Positions 14,511 to 27,179 of a stretch of DNA of 64,000 nt are shown one piece after another. A program made the position numbers and the translations under genes. The notes beneath the pieces were generated by a model. That model worked only from the letters and a program-made list of their open reading frames with translations, was not told the origin of the DNA and searched no databases. Numbering within the stretch: the stretch's first letter is position 1; each line of letters starts with the position of its first letter. The DNA comes from Phoronis australis (Eukaryota > Animalia > Phoronida), in NCBI GenBank assembly GCA_002633005.1, contig NMRA01000490.1, positions 230,170 to 294,169 on the forward strand. Reading direction: 5' to 3'.

Positions 14511-15890
14511 GTGGTCATTTAAAAAACATCGATGTCACAAGGAAACCTTGAAACTTGATTCGAAGCTCAGATACAGCTGTGTGAATTTTTATTGCTCTTC
14601 AAGTATTTCGGCTGGGAAGTCGGGAAGCACTATTTATTTATGACTGGAAATACATATTTCAAGTCTGTGATGAAATTCAGTCGCAGTCTATGCTCATACG
14701 TCTGAAGGGTATGATTTTACTGAATTGGTTCGTAAAAAGAAATTTTTGGTGGTGACCCTGGGTTCGAATTTACTACATAAATGCCTCTAATTTTGTCAAG
14801 TTTCACTTTTCAATGCAAGACGCACAGAAATGCTTGTGACTATTCGTTTTCAGTTAATATTGAATATAAAAACGCTTTTAGTCTCTTGTTTATATTTGTG
14901 ACTAAGAAATGATTAATAAGTTCTTCAGTGAAAAAACGATACTCCTTGTTATTTATTTTTAAATGCGTTATAGAGGGCTTTTCATTTGTCAGTAGAAGAG
15001 GCGCTTTGGGGATTAGGTTCTCATGTTACTTCACGAGAGCATGTATCTCCTACATAACTATTGCTTCACTAGTGACACGTTAGGTGTATTTCAAGTTCCT
15101 AAAAAGTCAGTGTGACCAGGTGCGGATATGTGATGAATTAGATTATAGTGCTAAAATGCCTTACATAACACATGGGGTCAGCTTGTATCGTATACAGACG
15201 CTATAACTAACATGATGACACAAAATTGCTTAGCAACCTCTCCTAACGTGATTTTTGTGTTTTCGCCGCCGACAGTCTACTGAATTGAAAAAAAAAATTA
15301 ATACTCACATTGAGATTAGATTATTATAGAATTAGAAGTTATAACGTCAGTTGATAAAATATAAGTAGTCTATGCAAGCTTAGCTTTAAAGTCAAAAAGC
15401 ACCAGGTATTAAAACATTTCCTCACAGGCTGTTTCCGTGTTACCGTAAACAAAATTTTCAAATCCACAGATTTTCCATTTTTCATTCGCCGTGGAATAGA
15501 CAAGACCTTGTAACAGCTCCCTTCACCGGCGCTCTCCACCGGTAGGATCGGCAAGTCACATCAAAACACTGTACTTGATTGTTTTTTTTACTTTTGATGC
15601 TTGTAGAAGAAGACGGCATTGTGTAGATTTGCCATTTTGGCAACAAAACATCTTGGTAAATCGTGTCAGTGTCCAGTATGTGAGTAACTTGTTTTTCAGG
15701 ACATATAAATCTTACATAAGAATACCGTCCAAGCCCCGAATCCGACTGGGGTGATGAAACAAAACGAAACCACAAAAGTAACAGTAAATGCTCGATTTAA
15801 AAATTAAGGTTTTTCACATAAAAAATTCGCGTGGATTGGGACTTAAAATGTAGGAATTTGAAAATTAGAAAATATCCTCCGTTTGTACTC

Positions 15891-15938
15891 TTTATATAGC
15901 TCGGATGCACACAGGTTCTCGGCTTGGATCCCTATTGG
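15891..15938 (-). promoter_or_regulatory. Pol II core promoter for the - strand transcript (TATA plus CCAAT)
   Basis: - strand TATATAAAG (TATATAAA at 15898-15891) with CCAAT at 15938-15934, ~40 bp upstream; expected TSS near 15865. Confidence 0.5.
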
Positions 15939-15986
15939 CGACCTTCGGGAGCAACTGGACATGTACCACACTGTCAGCTCATTCAG

Positions 15987-16116
15987 CCTCCCGCTAAAAA
16001 GCAAGACATCGCGAGATTACGTGAGATATTGCCGTGTATTTTAAATGAGAACACGTGACTTTGACTAGGTTTTAGCTAGGTCCTAGCGTAGGTCCTTGCG
16101 TCTACTGAACGCACGC
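15987..16116. mobile_element. MITE family A (CWG target), copy with a left-end internal deletion
   Basis: Near-identical to 46894-47044; flanked by CAG (15984-15986) and CAG (16117-16119). Confidence 0.85.
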
Positions 16117-17019
16117 CAGGATGTATGTCTTCATCATCACGTCTGTTCGTTATTCGTCAGGAGTTTGCGCAAAGGGCACTTGAAACTGAATTAGGACGCT
16201 AAGACATATCGCCTTCTTGTGAAAGCTCGCAGGCCCTGCCGGTATCCCATAAAGAATTCATAGGAGATCGATAACCTCTTTCAAAACTTAAGTGTTGGTA
16301 TTTATTGACCGGGTGAGCGCAAGCTCGCATAATTGTTGAGAGGTGCTCTTTAATAGTTTGTCATTTTCGTGGGACCCTTTTATTCTGTTCACACACATTT
16401 ACTGTCAGGTCAATTTAATGTAAATGATGAAAGTCTATCAAAATCCTTCATTCGCGTACTTTCAGTTGCAAATCTTCCCTCGGGGGCTTCTGTGTATGTC
16501 ATGTTTCTATGTCAACGTGTACAATGAATACGTTTAGCGTCGGTTTGTAACTGTGAAATTCGTGTAAGATAAGTGTATTTAAAACGTGTTTCCTGGATTA
16601 TTTACGCTTCCTTCATAATCATAAAGGACACCTATTGGAAATGATGTTGATATTATATTTTCAATAGTAGGGGGGAGGGGCTGTGTAGGGTGTCAAAAGC
16701 ATAATTTTCGACCGATCAATCTCCTTTTGTAAGAGAACTTGGAAACCAGAAACAAGAAAATTGTGTTACCTAATACATCCTAAAAAGGATACAGAACTTT
16801 TGATTTTTTGTATTTTATATATTTACATGACTTATTACTACCCAAAATTCCATTCCTAGAATTTTTACAATCATGGAGACAATGCGTGTGGAAGAGTTTT
16901 TGTCGAAAAATGTGCCTGCCTGTTTCTTGACAAGGAAGTATCAGTATTTGGCTATATTGTCTTGTTGTAATGGTGCCGTTTAAACAAAAGCGAAGGAGAT
17001 TTGAAACGCCTCTTCAATT

Positions 17020-17330
17020 AGTGTGTGGTACGTGTAATGAATGGAATCGATACGGGATGTATAAAAAGTTCATCTCGTGATTGATTGTAGCCTTTCCGGA
17101 ATTCGCACGCGGATAGAACTGCAGGGCACCAAAGGCTGCACGTAGGTTGCTAACAGGTGGCGTGTTTTGGACAAAAATGGCTACACATCCACGAATCGAC
17201 CAATGTAAAGGCTAGACAATGGCAGAGCATTGACCGTTAATTGATTAATTACTAGACTACGCTGGCCTATTGGCCAGTTACTGTGTTTTCGTGTGAGATA
17301 CGCGTACGTGTGGCGTGGAAAGCACCTCAG
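17020..17330 (+). promoter_or_regulatory. Probable distal promoter of the large + strand gene (CCAAT boxes, RCGTG cluster)
   Basis: CCAAT near 17200, ATTGG near 17269, six RCGTG cores (both strands) in ~300 bp, CpG-rich; directly upstream of a GC-rich ORF at 17575. Confidence 0.4.
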
Positions 17331-17574
17331 TTTTGTGACGCTATTTGCAGAAGTCAGATGTTCTTTCTGCATCCAGTTATACACTACTGTTGGCCTGAAA
17401 CAATTAGAGAAAAATGCTGCCATTGTGGATAGAACAACAAAGAACCGTGCACTTGTGATTAATTCCATGAACTGTGACTGATTTGGTCATTCTTACGTTG
17501 TTGTTCGGGCAGACTTGATATATATTGTGTCGGAAGTCGTTGAGCAGTTTTGTGGAAACGGAAAGAAATTCAGG

Positions 17575-17739
17575 ATGAGCGCGGCGGCAGCGGCGTCTAC
17601 TTCTCTCCCGCAGGGTAAAAGCGTCACATCCAAGGGGAAGGCCGGGAGCAACCAACCGGTAGATTATAGGGTACAGGATCGGTGTGAAGCGTGCACGGAT
17701 GCTGTGTTGACTTGGGCCGGACATAACTGGACAGCCTAG
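17575..17739 (+). CDS. GC-rich short ORF MSAAAAASTSLPQGKSVTSKGKAGSNQPVDYRVQDRCEACTDAVLTWAGHNWTA*; a first coding exon with an internal donor, or a uORF
   Basis: Locally high GC; Ala-rich N-terminus typical of first exons; possible donors at 17615 (CAGG|gtaaaa, phase 1) and just after the stop (TAG|gtgttt). Confidence 0.4.
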   Translation: MSAAAAASTSLPQGKSVTSKGKAGSNQPVDYRVQDRCEACTDAVLTWAGHNWTA

Positions 17740-18217
17740 GTGTTTCATTCGTCTAATTTCTCTTAACAAGGGAACAAAAAGTTGCACCAAAGGCAACGCG
17801 TTTGGAGATTGCCACTCTATGAATATTTTTTTCTAAAACTGAAGCATTCCTTGGGCCTGAAAGGTTATGTCTTAAACCCGAATATTGTTTCTTTACATTT
17901 TTTCTAGTGATGATTTCAGTTCATTCAGTGTGCAGTGGTTGACGTGTATTAACTGTAGATGTGTTTTGCGTAGTGTCGCTATCTAGATGGCTCAAACGTC
18001 TAAGGCTGACTGCTGGCCTGCAGGTACACATGATTTTTTCGACTTTGTGTTATCCTATTTGATGTATTACAAGGATGGAATTTGAAGTCCGAACGAAAAA
18101 CTCCTTGTCGCTATAATGTAGAAATAACGCCCTTTTGTATTGATAGCAGATGAGCTTCACTGACAACTAAGTGTAGGTGAGGAGAAACTCGCCTTGCATG
18201 TGTGTCGTGAATAATAG

Positions 18218-18303
18218 ATGGAAGTACTGGAGCAAATTTAGATAAGAAAAAACGAATTATCGACCCATTCGCACCTACTTCTAAACACGGGGATCCTATC
18301 TCT
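18218..18303 (+). CDS. Candidate coding exon ((D)GSTGANLDKKKRIIDPFAPTSKHGDPIS), phase 1 in, phase 0 out
   Basis: Weak acceptor aatag at 18217; strong donor TCT|gtaagt at 18304; joins in frame to either 17575-17614 or 17987-18023 (MAQTSKADCWPA, CAG|gtacac). Confidence 0.4.
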
Positions 18304-19771
18304 GTAAGTCCTCTATGACCACAACACTGTTGGGTCGGCCCACTATAGGGTTTGTGTTGGAGGGTGATTTCAAATGGTGTTTAATTTGAGTGACTCTGTA
18401 CTCCGCACACTCTTCGTTTTCAAGTTCTTTGAATCACTTAATGGTGTGTAAGAATTATTCAGGACCACAGGCATTTTCAAATTTGTCGAACCCTGTGTTT
18501 CGCCATCCTATGAGTACAAATTTCAAAATCCCCCTCCCCAGGTGCAGCCTTGGTTTCGTCGGACAAGTGTTCCCTGCACCCCAACATAAACCTACGACAC
18601 GGTTCTCCCTGGGTTACATTCAATGCTTTAATTATTGCATCAATTTCAGGTTGGAACCCTTTGTTTCGGAAAAGTATTATTATAGGGAGAGCTAGCCGCC
18701 ATTATCCCACCTGTTTGCTAAGCATATGTTCCTCGTTAAATTAACACATACATCGATCGATCTCGAATTACTTACAATGAGGGACTGCACCGTTCACTTG
18801 ATCTAACTATTGTGTCAATTTTCGACAAGTACGACACGTTCAATTGCGTTCTATAAATCGCACTAAACTATATATTAAGTTAGACCAAGACAAATTAAAT
18901 TTTACGCATCAACTGATTACATTGCAAATTATCGTAAACTCTTTATAGATGTAACCGCAGTTTGGCAGTTGAGTGTTCCTAACATTTTAATTTTATATTC
19001 GTCCAGTTATTTATCAAACGTAAAGCAAAACATTTTAAGGTGAAGAAGCTTGATCTCGACTATAGGCGCAACCCATGTCGATTTTTAGGAGGTTAGTCGT
19101 GTGATTCAGAGCGAATCTTTCCAAAAGAAATTGCTCGATTTCATTCTTTTAATTTTATCAACACCATTTGGTTTTTCAGTGTTCTCGTGATATCCCGTTT
19201 TTCCCGCGAGTCTTTCTTTGCCAAGGTTATTGAAGTTGTCGATGCAATGTGGAAATTTCTGGCTCGTCTCTGTTCCTTTCTGGTATACTCGAGTTGTGTA
19301 TTAGAATCTGGAAATATTGAGCGTAAGATTGCATGCAACTACAGTCAAACTGGACTTCTTGTAAATAGTTTCCTGCAGGCTACGAGAAAATACGAAATAA
19401 CGATCTCGGTATATGCCGCAAGTAATCGTTTGTGGTTCTCGTTTTGTTGTCAAGTCGTTACAATAGAGCGCGCTTGTAGTGTCTATCAGTAACGTACGGG
19501 GCAAGTTTCCCGAGCTAAATTTGCAGTGATGGCGTTAGGTCTTATATAAATGTTCGGGCATTGAAAAAAAGCTTCTGGAGGACGTCACATGTATTTCAAA
19601 CTCTATTACATAGCTTTACATTAAGGTCACACTAAACGCTGTGTGGAAAATATTTGAGAAGAGGTTTTTATACGATGGGTTAGTCTGTGGAATATGAACC
19701 CCTAAATGGGTTACAAAACAGTACATTCTAGTGCACTTGGGTTAGATGTCTCCTATTAGATCTGATGGGAT

Positions 19772-19932
19772 CCGGTGTTCCCAAGTAGTTAAATGGACTC
19801 GAACATCGGAAGTCCTAAAGGAAGTTCCCGGGTTCGAGCCCTGATCAGGACAGCCAGATATTTTCAAGCGTATCTATAGGCCACGTCACGTGGCCTACAT
19901 ACACCGTTCAAGAAAACCAATAATTCTTACTT
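19772..19932 (+). mobile_element. tRNA-derived SINE
   Basis: Degenerate A box (gttcccaagtagttaa) and B box GGTTCGAGCCC in a tRNA-like head, a non-tRNA body, and an AT-rich tail (ttcttactt); no intact cloverleaf. Confidence 0.55.
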
Positions 19933-22900
19933 AAAATAAATATATTTTATTGTTGGTATGGTGCTCGTACTTTGCAATAAGAACTGTCGAGGGTTGAGGT
20001 GGGTACCACAATTTCATGTTGTAAGCTTTTTGTTGAATCAATGGCCTTCAAAAGGTCATGAAAGAATTATAAATTACATTGTTAATTCATACCAACAGAA
20101 TTAGAAATTCCTTCAGGTATAAAGTAGCCGCTCTTTCCGTCAATAATTCATCGTGCCTCATACCACAAGGGGAGTCTCTGAAGATTCGTCTTAATCGTGC
20201 TGTCCTCGTTAGATTTTCGTATTGATAAAGCCAAGAGACAAAGTTGATTCTGAACAGTGCCCCGACTCATTTTGGAACGTGTTCCTCCTGCATGAATTTC
20301 AGCCAGGTTTTTCTTCATAACTAACACAAACGCTTGCAAGCAAAGATTTGAACGTCTAGGCTTCCCAAGATGTCCCAAAGTCACTTCACGATTGACTGTC
20401 AATCGTGGCAGATGGAAAAAGCACAAAATACCACTGTTTCTCGGCTCACTGTCATTATCAAAGAGATACGTGTTTCAAAGAACAGAAACTCGGTATCAAT
20501 TTTTTACTCATATATTGTAAATAGTTAAAACTTTAGGGCGTATTCATTCTTGTCTATAAACCAATTAATTCTTTTTGCCAGTGCCAGAAATTAACTTTTG
20601 GGTATTGAACGAGTCAGTCAATGTGAAGTGATTGATTTGAGAAAATTGAAACTATAGTTTCTGAATCTATGAAGCTAATTTAATTTGAAACAAACTTTTA
20701 TTATGGTTCTGATTGTAACATTCTCATGAACGCACGAGCTCAGACGTAAACGGAAGTAATAGTTTTGTATGAATCTACAAACGAGAGTGGTTCCAGGGTG
20801 CGCTGCGATAGTTTCCCACATCATTACTCCCATGCAAACGTGATCTCATGGTCGGTACTGTGGACTCCTCAGTGGAAGTATGTTCATTGAAGTCTGGGCC
20901 ACAAGGGCCGCCACACCTGGATTTCATACAAAACAAAATTGTAGACTGAAGTAGGTGTTGTTAATGGGTCAACATTTTATCTGGCGGCTACTGTAAATAA
21001 AGATATCGGTATTCAATACTAGCCACATAACATATGCTCCTAGATACAGTAGCCTTTCCCCCCGCATATGGTAAATTAAAGTACATGTATATTGCTTTTT
21101 TTTCAACCATCTTCATTAGATACATCGTCACTATAATAAGCATATTTCATCTAACGCCGACCTTTTGAAATGCAACGTCTGTGACTAGTGACATCTTTTG
21201 TTAATTTCTTGTAGAACAAAGAAATAAAAGCACTTTCTTCCACTATAAAACTTATCAAAACAAACGTAAGGATGCAAATCAACAAAACTTTTTCAATATG
21301 AGATCAACGTTTTCACATTAATAATTGATTCTCCATCCGGCAGGCTAAATGGCCGTTGCAGATATAGAAACTTCAATTTTTGTTTGCTTAAAACTTATAG
21401 TAAACATGTTATTATATACACAGGGCTGCAACAGAATACTCCTTCTTTACTGGTACCTATCAGTTGGAGATGGTGACTCTGTTTTTTGCTAATCCTGTGA
21501 AAAGGGAAAGAGTATTTTGTACTCGTGTAAACATAATTATTCTACTGGAACAAAATTATACCTGAAAAGGGTATGTTTATAATTTCATTGATCGTTTGAG
21601 TCTTGTTATATTCGGCTAGAAGAAGCAGAATGCTGCTTCTTTGGATGATGGTTTTTGTTATCATTGATGCGCATACAAGGCCCGTGTGCGCTTGCATGTG
21701 AAACTGCGCCTCTATTTAAATGTAGGCACATGCGCCTGTACGCGTAACATTTGAATGACTTGTGAAGCACCGTTGATGCTGACAAGTTTTCAGTTTGAGA
21801 TAATTTATTGAAGAATACTTTAAAAATGAATGAAACGCACAAAGACGTTTAGTTTGTGATACACGCATGTACAAAAGACACACGTGTGCGACTACGTTTC
21901 ATGGAGATCAAGGTGCATGTGTTTTTGTGAGAAACACTTGAACAAAACAATTTAAAAAGCGCATTGTTATTTCGATGAAAGCCGGACACACGATCCCGAA
22001 TGCGTGCATATAAACGGAAACGGCAACTCGGGCAAAGAAAAATTCTTTTTCAATGTTGCTAATTATTCAAGGGACTGTGAACACCACGCTTTCGTAAAGC
22101 GTGATCTATCATGCCAAATCTCGCTACGTTCTGTCACTTCTATCATGTTCGCGTGCCCTCCATACTGGCTCATCTTGGTTATATATAAACACATGTAAAC
22201 CGTAGAATAGAATCAATGCCATGCATATTTATAAGTCTTGCTCATGGGGATTCGCTGATACACTATCATCTGCTTTATTATACATCTGCGAGCTGGACAA
22301 GCTTCCGACTTGCGTGAAAACTCTGCGACAAAAGGGTATTTAAACGCTTGCATCTGATTTTACTGTCATCTCGTACGGTCTCTCGCCCCAAAGGTTTTGA
22401 GATGATATCTGCTGCTTGGTCACGGATACGTTCGGCCTCGACAAAGAGGCGCGTGAGCGAACCAAAGGAAGAGGGGTTAAAGGTGAGCTTGTTATCAAAA
22501 TGAAACGCCATTGGCCTTTAAAAGCTACATTTCATCCCGTTTAGCTAACTAAAACACTGACGTCGAATTAGGCATGATAGGCCTGTTGTCATAAAATCAG
22601 TTTCAATATTGCTTAATACCGTGGTAGAATTCCATTTCCTTTGTCAATAAAAACGTTGAAACAATCGGCGACTCGAGAAAACGTTTCAGATTTTATTGGG
22701 GGTTAGCCAGCATAACACTGTGAATTAGAAAACGCCTTATGTTTGTTCATTGCCTGTGACTTGAACTGCTGGCTCAATCAGTAACAATTCAACCACAGAT
22801 GGGTGTTTCGGTTAAGAATTCAACATTAAAATTGCAGTTTGACGGGGGCGAAATGCCGCCTAAGTAATCAGTTCATTTCGCTTATAGGATAACCATGCCT

Positions 22901-24020
22901 TCTCATTGAAAATGACAGTGGCTTAACTCTACAGTATTTAAAATAACGTTTTCATGAAATCTGAGTGGGTGGCTCCATAATCTTGAAGAACTTCGCAGGT
23001 GATTTTTGCCCATAGGCCTAAAGTTGTGGGGGGCATTTATTAGACAAGTATGCAAAAACATAACGTGAATAAGCAAATGAATGAGAACCAAATAGAAACC
23101 CACATCATGTTTCTCAATTCTGTCTGCTTCTGTTTCTAGTGTCATGGACCTGCGATCATTTTTTCTTTGTGCACTGGGCTAGAAATTCAGGATTTGAATC
23201 TCAAAAATACGCCTGAAATGATCCGTGGTTTTGTCATTGAAACAGTACGTCTTACAAGCTTATCTTGGTGTTTGCCCGAACAAGATAATTCACATTGTCA
23301 CAAAGCAGGCACGCATGGCGATCATAGCAAAACTTGTTTTGTTGCACTGAATAACCCACCTCTACTTAATGCATCGTTGAAGAAACAATCGCGTGCGCCG
23401 GTCATTTTAGATTGCGTACACGGTTTCTAGAACCATTTGTCATTCCTTCCACGACACTGCTCTTCTTTAACTACAATTCTGGTAAATGTAATCAACAATT
23501 ATCATCTGATAACACGTTAAAGTTTTCTAATACGCCAATTCTGACAAAAATATCGTCGACACCACGCTCGGCGTAGCCGCTGCAACCAAGGTCGTGCCAT
23601 GTACTGATTCTTGTCTTTATTTATAAACACCAGATTTTAACCTGAAAGCGTCATCGAAGATATTTTTATCCTTGGAAGCGATATACATGTATATATGTTA
23701 TAGCCTTGATAGTCAGAGCGCACCTGGTTTTGCGAAGATTATATTTATTGACCTTTGAAAAGTAAACGCCACCTCAGTGGGAGCTGATTTCTAGATTTGA
23801 TAAAAGATGGCAGTAGTTGACCTAGGTAACTCTGACGATGTTTTAGAACTCCTCTTCCAGAGTAATGCTCCCGTCATCTCCGTCATATGTCTACTTATTT
23901 TATTAGGAAATTTCCCCCCAATGAGTTATGTTTATTTAACTATCCTATATATATATGTGTACATTTTCTTGTGGGATGGCCAGCCAACCGATCGTTACGA
24001 GCTAAACAAGAAGAGTTCAG

Positions 24021-24140
24021 CCTCCCGTTCAGTAACGCTAGGACCTCGTGAGATATTGCCGTGGATTTTAAAGGAGAACTCGTGATTTTAACTAGGTTAG
24101 CTAGGTCCTTGTGTAGGTCCTAGCGCTACTCAACTCACGC
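24021..24140. mobile_element. MITE family A, diverged and internally deleted copy
   Basis: cctcccgttcagtaacgctaggacct...aggtcctagcgctactcaactcacgc; flanks CAG and CTG. Confidence 0.8.
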
Positions 24141-26356
24141 CTGTATTGGCAGACTAGAATGTTATGTATGCATGCAAAAATCTCACGACGTCAGTTTTGC
24201 AGAGCTATTAAAGGAGACTGTCAGCCAAAAAACAACCTATTTGTATCAATTTAGATCGAGTGGTTCCACTCGATAACAGCAAGTTCTGCTCTTTTACCTG
24301 ACACCTGATCGACAGACGGAGGTGTTGAAATTAAGCAATGCCGTCAGAGGTTCGAACGCAGTCTGTTCAGCAATTCATAACACGCTTACTGGTGTCCGCT
24401 TATCGGTTGAATTCATCGTTTTACACCAATAAATCAACAAAAATCGAGGTAAAACACTTACATGTTCATCGAGTTATTGAACAAATGTGTTGTTTTATTT
24501 CACTGTTACGGATTTATCGGTCGCGCGAGTTTGGGGCCCTGTTCGGTGATAAATTCGAATTATTCGTCCGTGAAATACAGACAGAAGAACATAGCTGTCT
24601 GTTGTGTTTTTAGACTTTCGATATTTTTTTAGTTCTAAACACACAAAAACGCTTGTTATCGCGGCCATTGCCTCGGAACCCGATCAGGCCCGTTACGGCC
24701 GGCCTGAAGACATCACGAACATAAACCAGCCAAAGTTGGAAACTAAACTTCCAGTCACAAAAAGACTATACCAGTGAGCCAAAGAAATAATGTGCACGTG
24801 ATTATTTTGGTGAATTAGACGCAAAACTGCAAATCTACTTACTAGCTCGTCGGGGGCCGCGAAGTCAGGTTATCCTTCCACAGTAAAACCGTCAGAGCAA
24901 AAGTTGCACAGCAACAACGATTCCAATAATGTATATGAATATCTAAATAAAGATTCCCATAACATCTGACCATATGATATACAATCGAGATATTGTTTCA
25001 CAACAGCTTTCTGTCAGTAAACGCTGAATTAGCATGCGCTCACACGGCCAACATGTAGAGAATTTCTCGCTTACACTTGTGACTGTTCTGATTCCCTAAG
25101 CCCCAGACAACTTTTACAATGCCTATTCAGCACGCCCTTTGTATTGAGCTAATGAAGTGGAAAGGTAATTGCTAGCATTACTGTCTCAACAATGGTTGTT
25201 GTTAGTACCCCAATTCGGTTTCCTCTGACATTTGCAGAATTACAGCCTGCAACTCTGGAGAGTAGTTTTAACTTGGTACATTATAAATATTACAAAATGA
25301 CTAAAACGGTTAACTTGTGTTTATATTCACAAAGGGTCACTTCCCAAAGGAAAGACAAGTTTCATATTGGGTTTCTTTATTTAATTTTTAATGCTTCTGC
25401 CCACTTATTTTTTTTCTTACCGGGAAAGGGTTGATAACTTTTTATCTAAGTTTTAAACTTGAAGTACCAAAACAGTGATCGCCAGCTAAACTTAATTAGT
25501 TAAGTTCATTGTGAGCCCATCCCTAAACTTTCCACAGTACAAGTACACTAAACAGTTCAAGAGTCATTTAAGTTTAATCTTTATTCGAACTCAAATCATA
25601 AAATATATACAAAAGCGCAAATATGGTGATAACCAAACTGAAGATTTGGAATCTCTCAGGACAATTTCGGTGGCACTGACTATATAACTATTCTAGCTCT
25701 TTGTCAGAAATAAAAAATGGAAAGTGGGCACAAGTTAAGTACAACTGTTTCCTGGTCAAAAATCTGGTTACACGAGATTACAAGAATATTAAAAAAATGA
25801 ATCCATGTGATATTGATAACTCTGATCAGCGTTTGTATATCCACCGAGTATATCAATACGCGCGGTAGTTTATCTTCAATCGTACCCAATGGTTGTAGTT
25901 TTTAGATTATTAGTTCATCGATTTTTAAAAATTTAAAACCGTACTTAGTTGGTTTTTTTCCAGCTGAATACCGCCGTGGTGTTCGTTTATAACGAAAATT
26001 AGTGGTTAGTGCATTTTGAAAATTCGCCATTATGTACAGTCAGAGATGTTTAATGCAGTTTATGGTCGGGTAATTACACTTAATTGGGTCTTGCTCGCAT
26101 CGGGCAATGCAGTCATCACAGTTGTACCTGATTCCGGCGCCGCGCTCTCTTTGATCCTGGTACAAGCCACTCAGAAGGACCAGCGGTGAAAATTCCCGCA
26201 TATCTTTAGAAATGCGTGACTTCCTTGTAAGCGTATTATTCACGGTATGTGCCCAGTCAATTAGTTTATTGCATCTTTGTTTCAGTTTTATATAAACATT
26301 GGTTAGGGTGAGAATAATTCATTTTGAAATAAAGCGCACATTAATAAACGTCAACC

Positions 26357-26768
26357 GTGGCAACTCGCAATCCCGACTTAGATGTGTGCTCATCCGACGA
26401 AGACTTCACAAGGCGATCGTTAGGTTTCACAAGCTATCAGTTCGAACCGGAATTCACTGATCAAGAAATACAAGAGAGGCGCCGTGAACGTGCACAGGTA
26501 ACGGAACATATGGATAGTTCCGAAAATCCTTCGAATGATTTGTCATGGTGCTAACTGCACGATAATGGAAACAACTGACGCTTGCGTTTGCTGCCACGAA
26601 ATAACGCAAGTGAAACGCCTTCTTGGAGAAGCGCAGATGTGTCTCACGGACCATCCTACACCACATCTAAACAGAAGTCTGCTTACGACTGTTTTGGCCG
26701 GGGACTGGGGAAAAGAACTGGCGAGAACACCCTACACCAAGAGGTCCAAACAGAAGCCTGACGAACGA
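26357..26768 (+). pseudogene. KolX-like (P2X7 C-terminal ballast / Nanor-like Cys-rich) accessory gene remnant of Kolobok
   Basis: Diagnostic motifs YQFEPEF...SWC, then (frameshift) NCTIMETTDACVCCHEI...CLTDHP; GTG start, stop and frameshift; donor CGA|gtaagt at 26769; the downstream exon was not found. Confidence 0.75.
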
Positions 26769-26869
26769 GTAAGTCATCAAACTGGTTATATAAAAAGTTA
26801 TGTTCTCATGCCTTAAATTAATTGTAATAGTTTATGTTTCCATAATCAAAAACTGAGCAAAAACAGATC

Positions 26870-27179
26870 CGCGTTGTTTTGTCTCCTGCCTACCAAACGC
26901 AAACACACTAGGCACATCTGTCTTCATCCTCAGTCTCTTTTTCTGCCCTGGCACGAGCTGTTTGGTAAGCCGGCATTCGATCGTCAGTGACGAAATGCCG
27001 GCCACAGACACGGAGAAGTTTTATGGCCTCATACTTGGTATTGCGGCGTACTTTTCATTCTTCACTACCACGAACCACTTCCGAAGCATTGTGTGTTCTC
27101 GAGGAAATCGAAAAAACGATATACCCGCTTTCCTCGTAGCTTTATAGTTCGCACAAGCGGGAACGATACACCACTCCAT
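26870..27179 (-). pseudogene. THAP zinc-finger N-terminus of the Kolobok transposase (frameshifted, DDE core missing)
   Basis: - strand translation MEWCIVPACANYKATRKAGISFFRFPREHTMLRKWFVVVKN / LRVCGRHFVTDD / KKRLRMKTDVPSVFAF contains the THAP C2CH, FxFP, W and VP-box motifs. Not in the ORF track because of frameshifts. Confidence 0.8.

Larger units (their letters stand above)
7752..15865 (-). ncRNA. Probable spliced antisense transcript (lncRNA or small-ORF gene); approximate extent, 3' end unknown
   Basis: On the - strand: TATA and CCAAT at 15.9 kb; consensus GT(A/G)AGT donors at 15308, 13508, 12582 and 12299; strong acceptor tttgtttctttcag|G at 7897/7896; no long ORF. Confidence 0.4.

Noticed and set aside
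17404-17796. 130-aa - strand ORF
   Set aside because: Shadow of the GC-rich + strand exon; no recognisable domain.
18365-18379. 15-nt match to the reverse complement of miR-29b (caccatttgaaatca)
   Set aside because: The seed end differs (AAACACC versus TAGCACC) and I saw no convincing hairpin.
19772-19855. Functional tRNA gene
   Set aside because: The A box is degenerate, there is no proper acceptor or anticodon stem, and the sequence continues into a SINE-like body.
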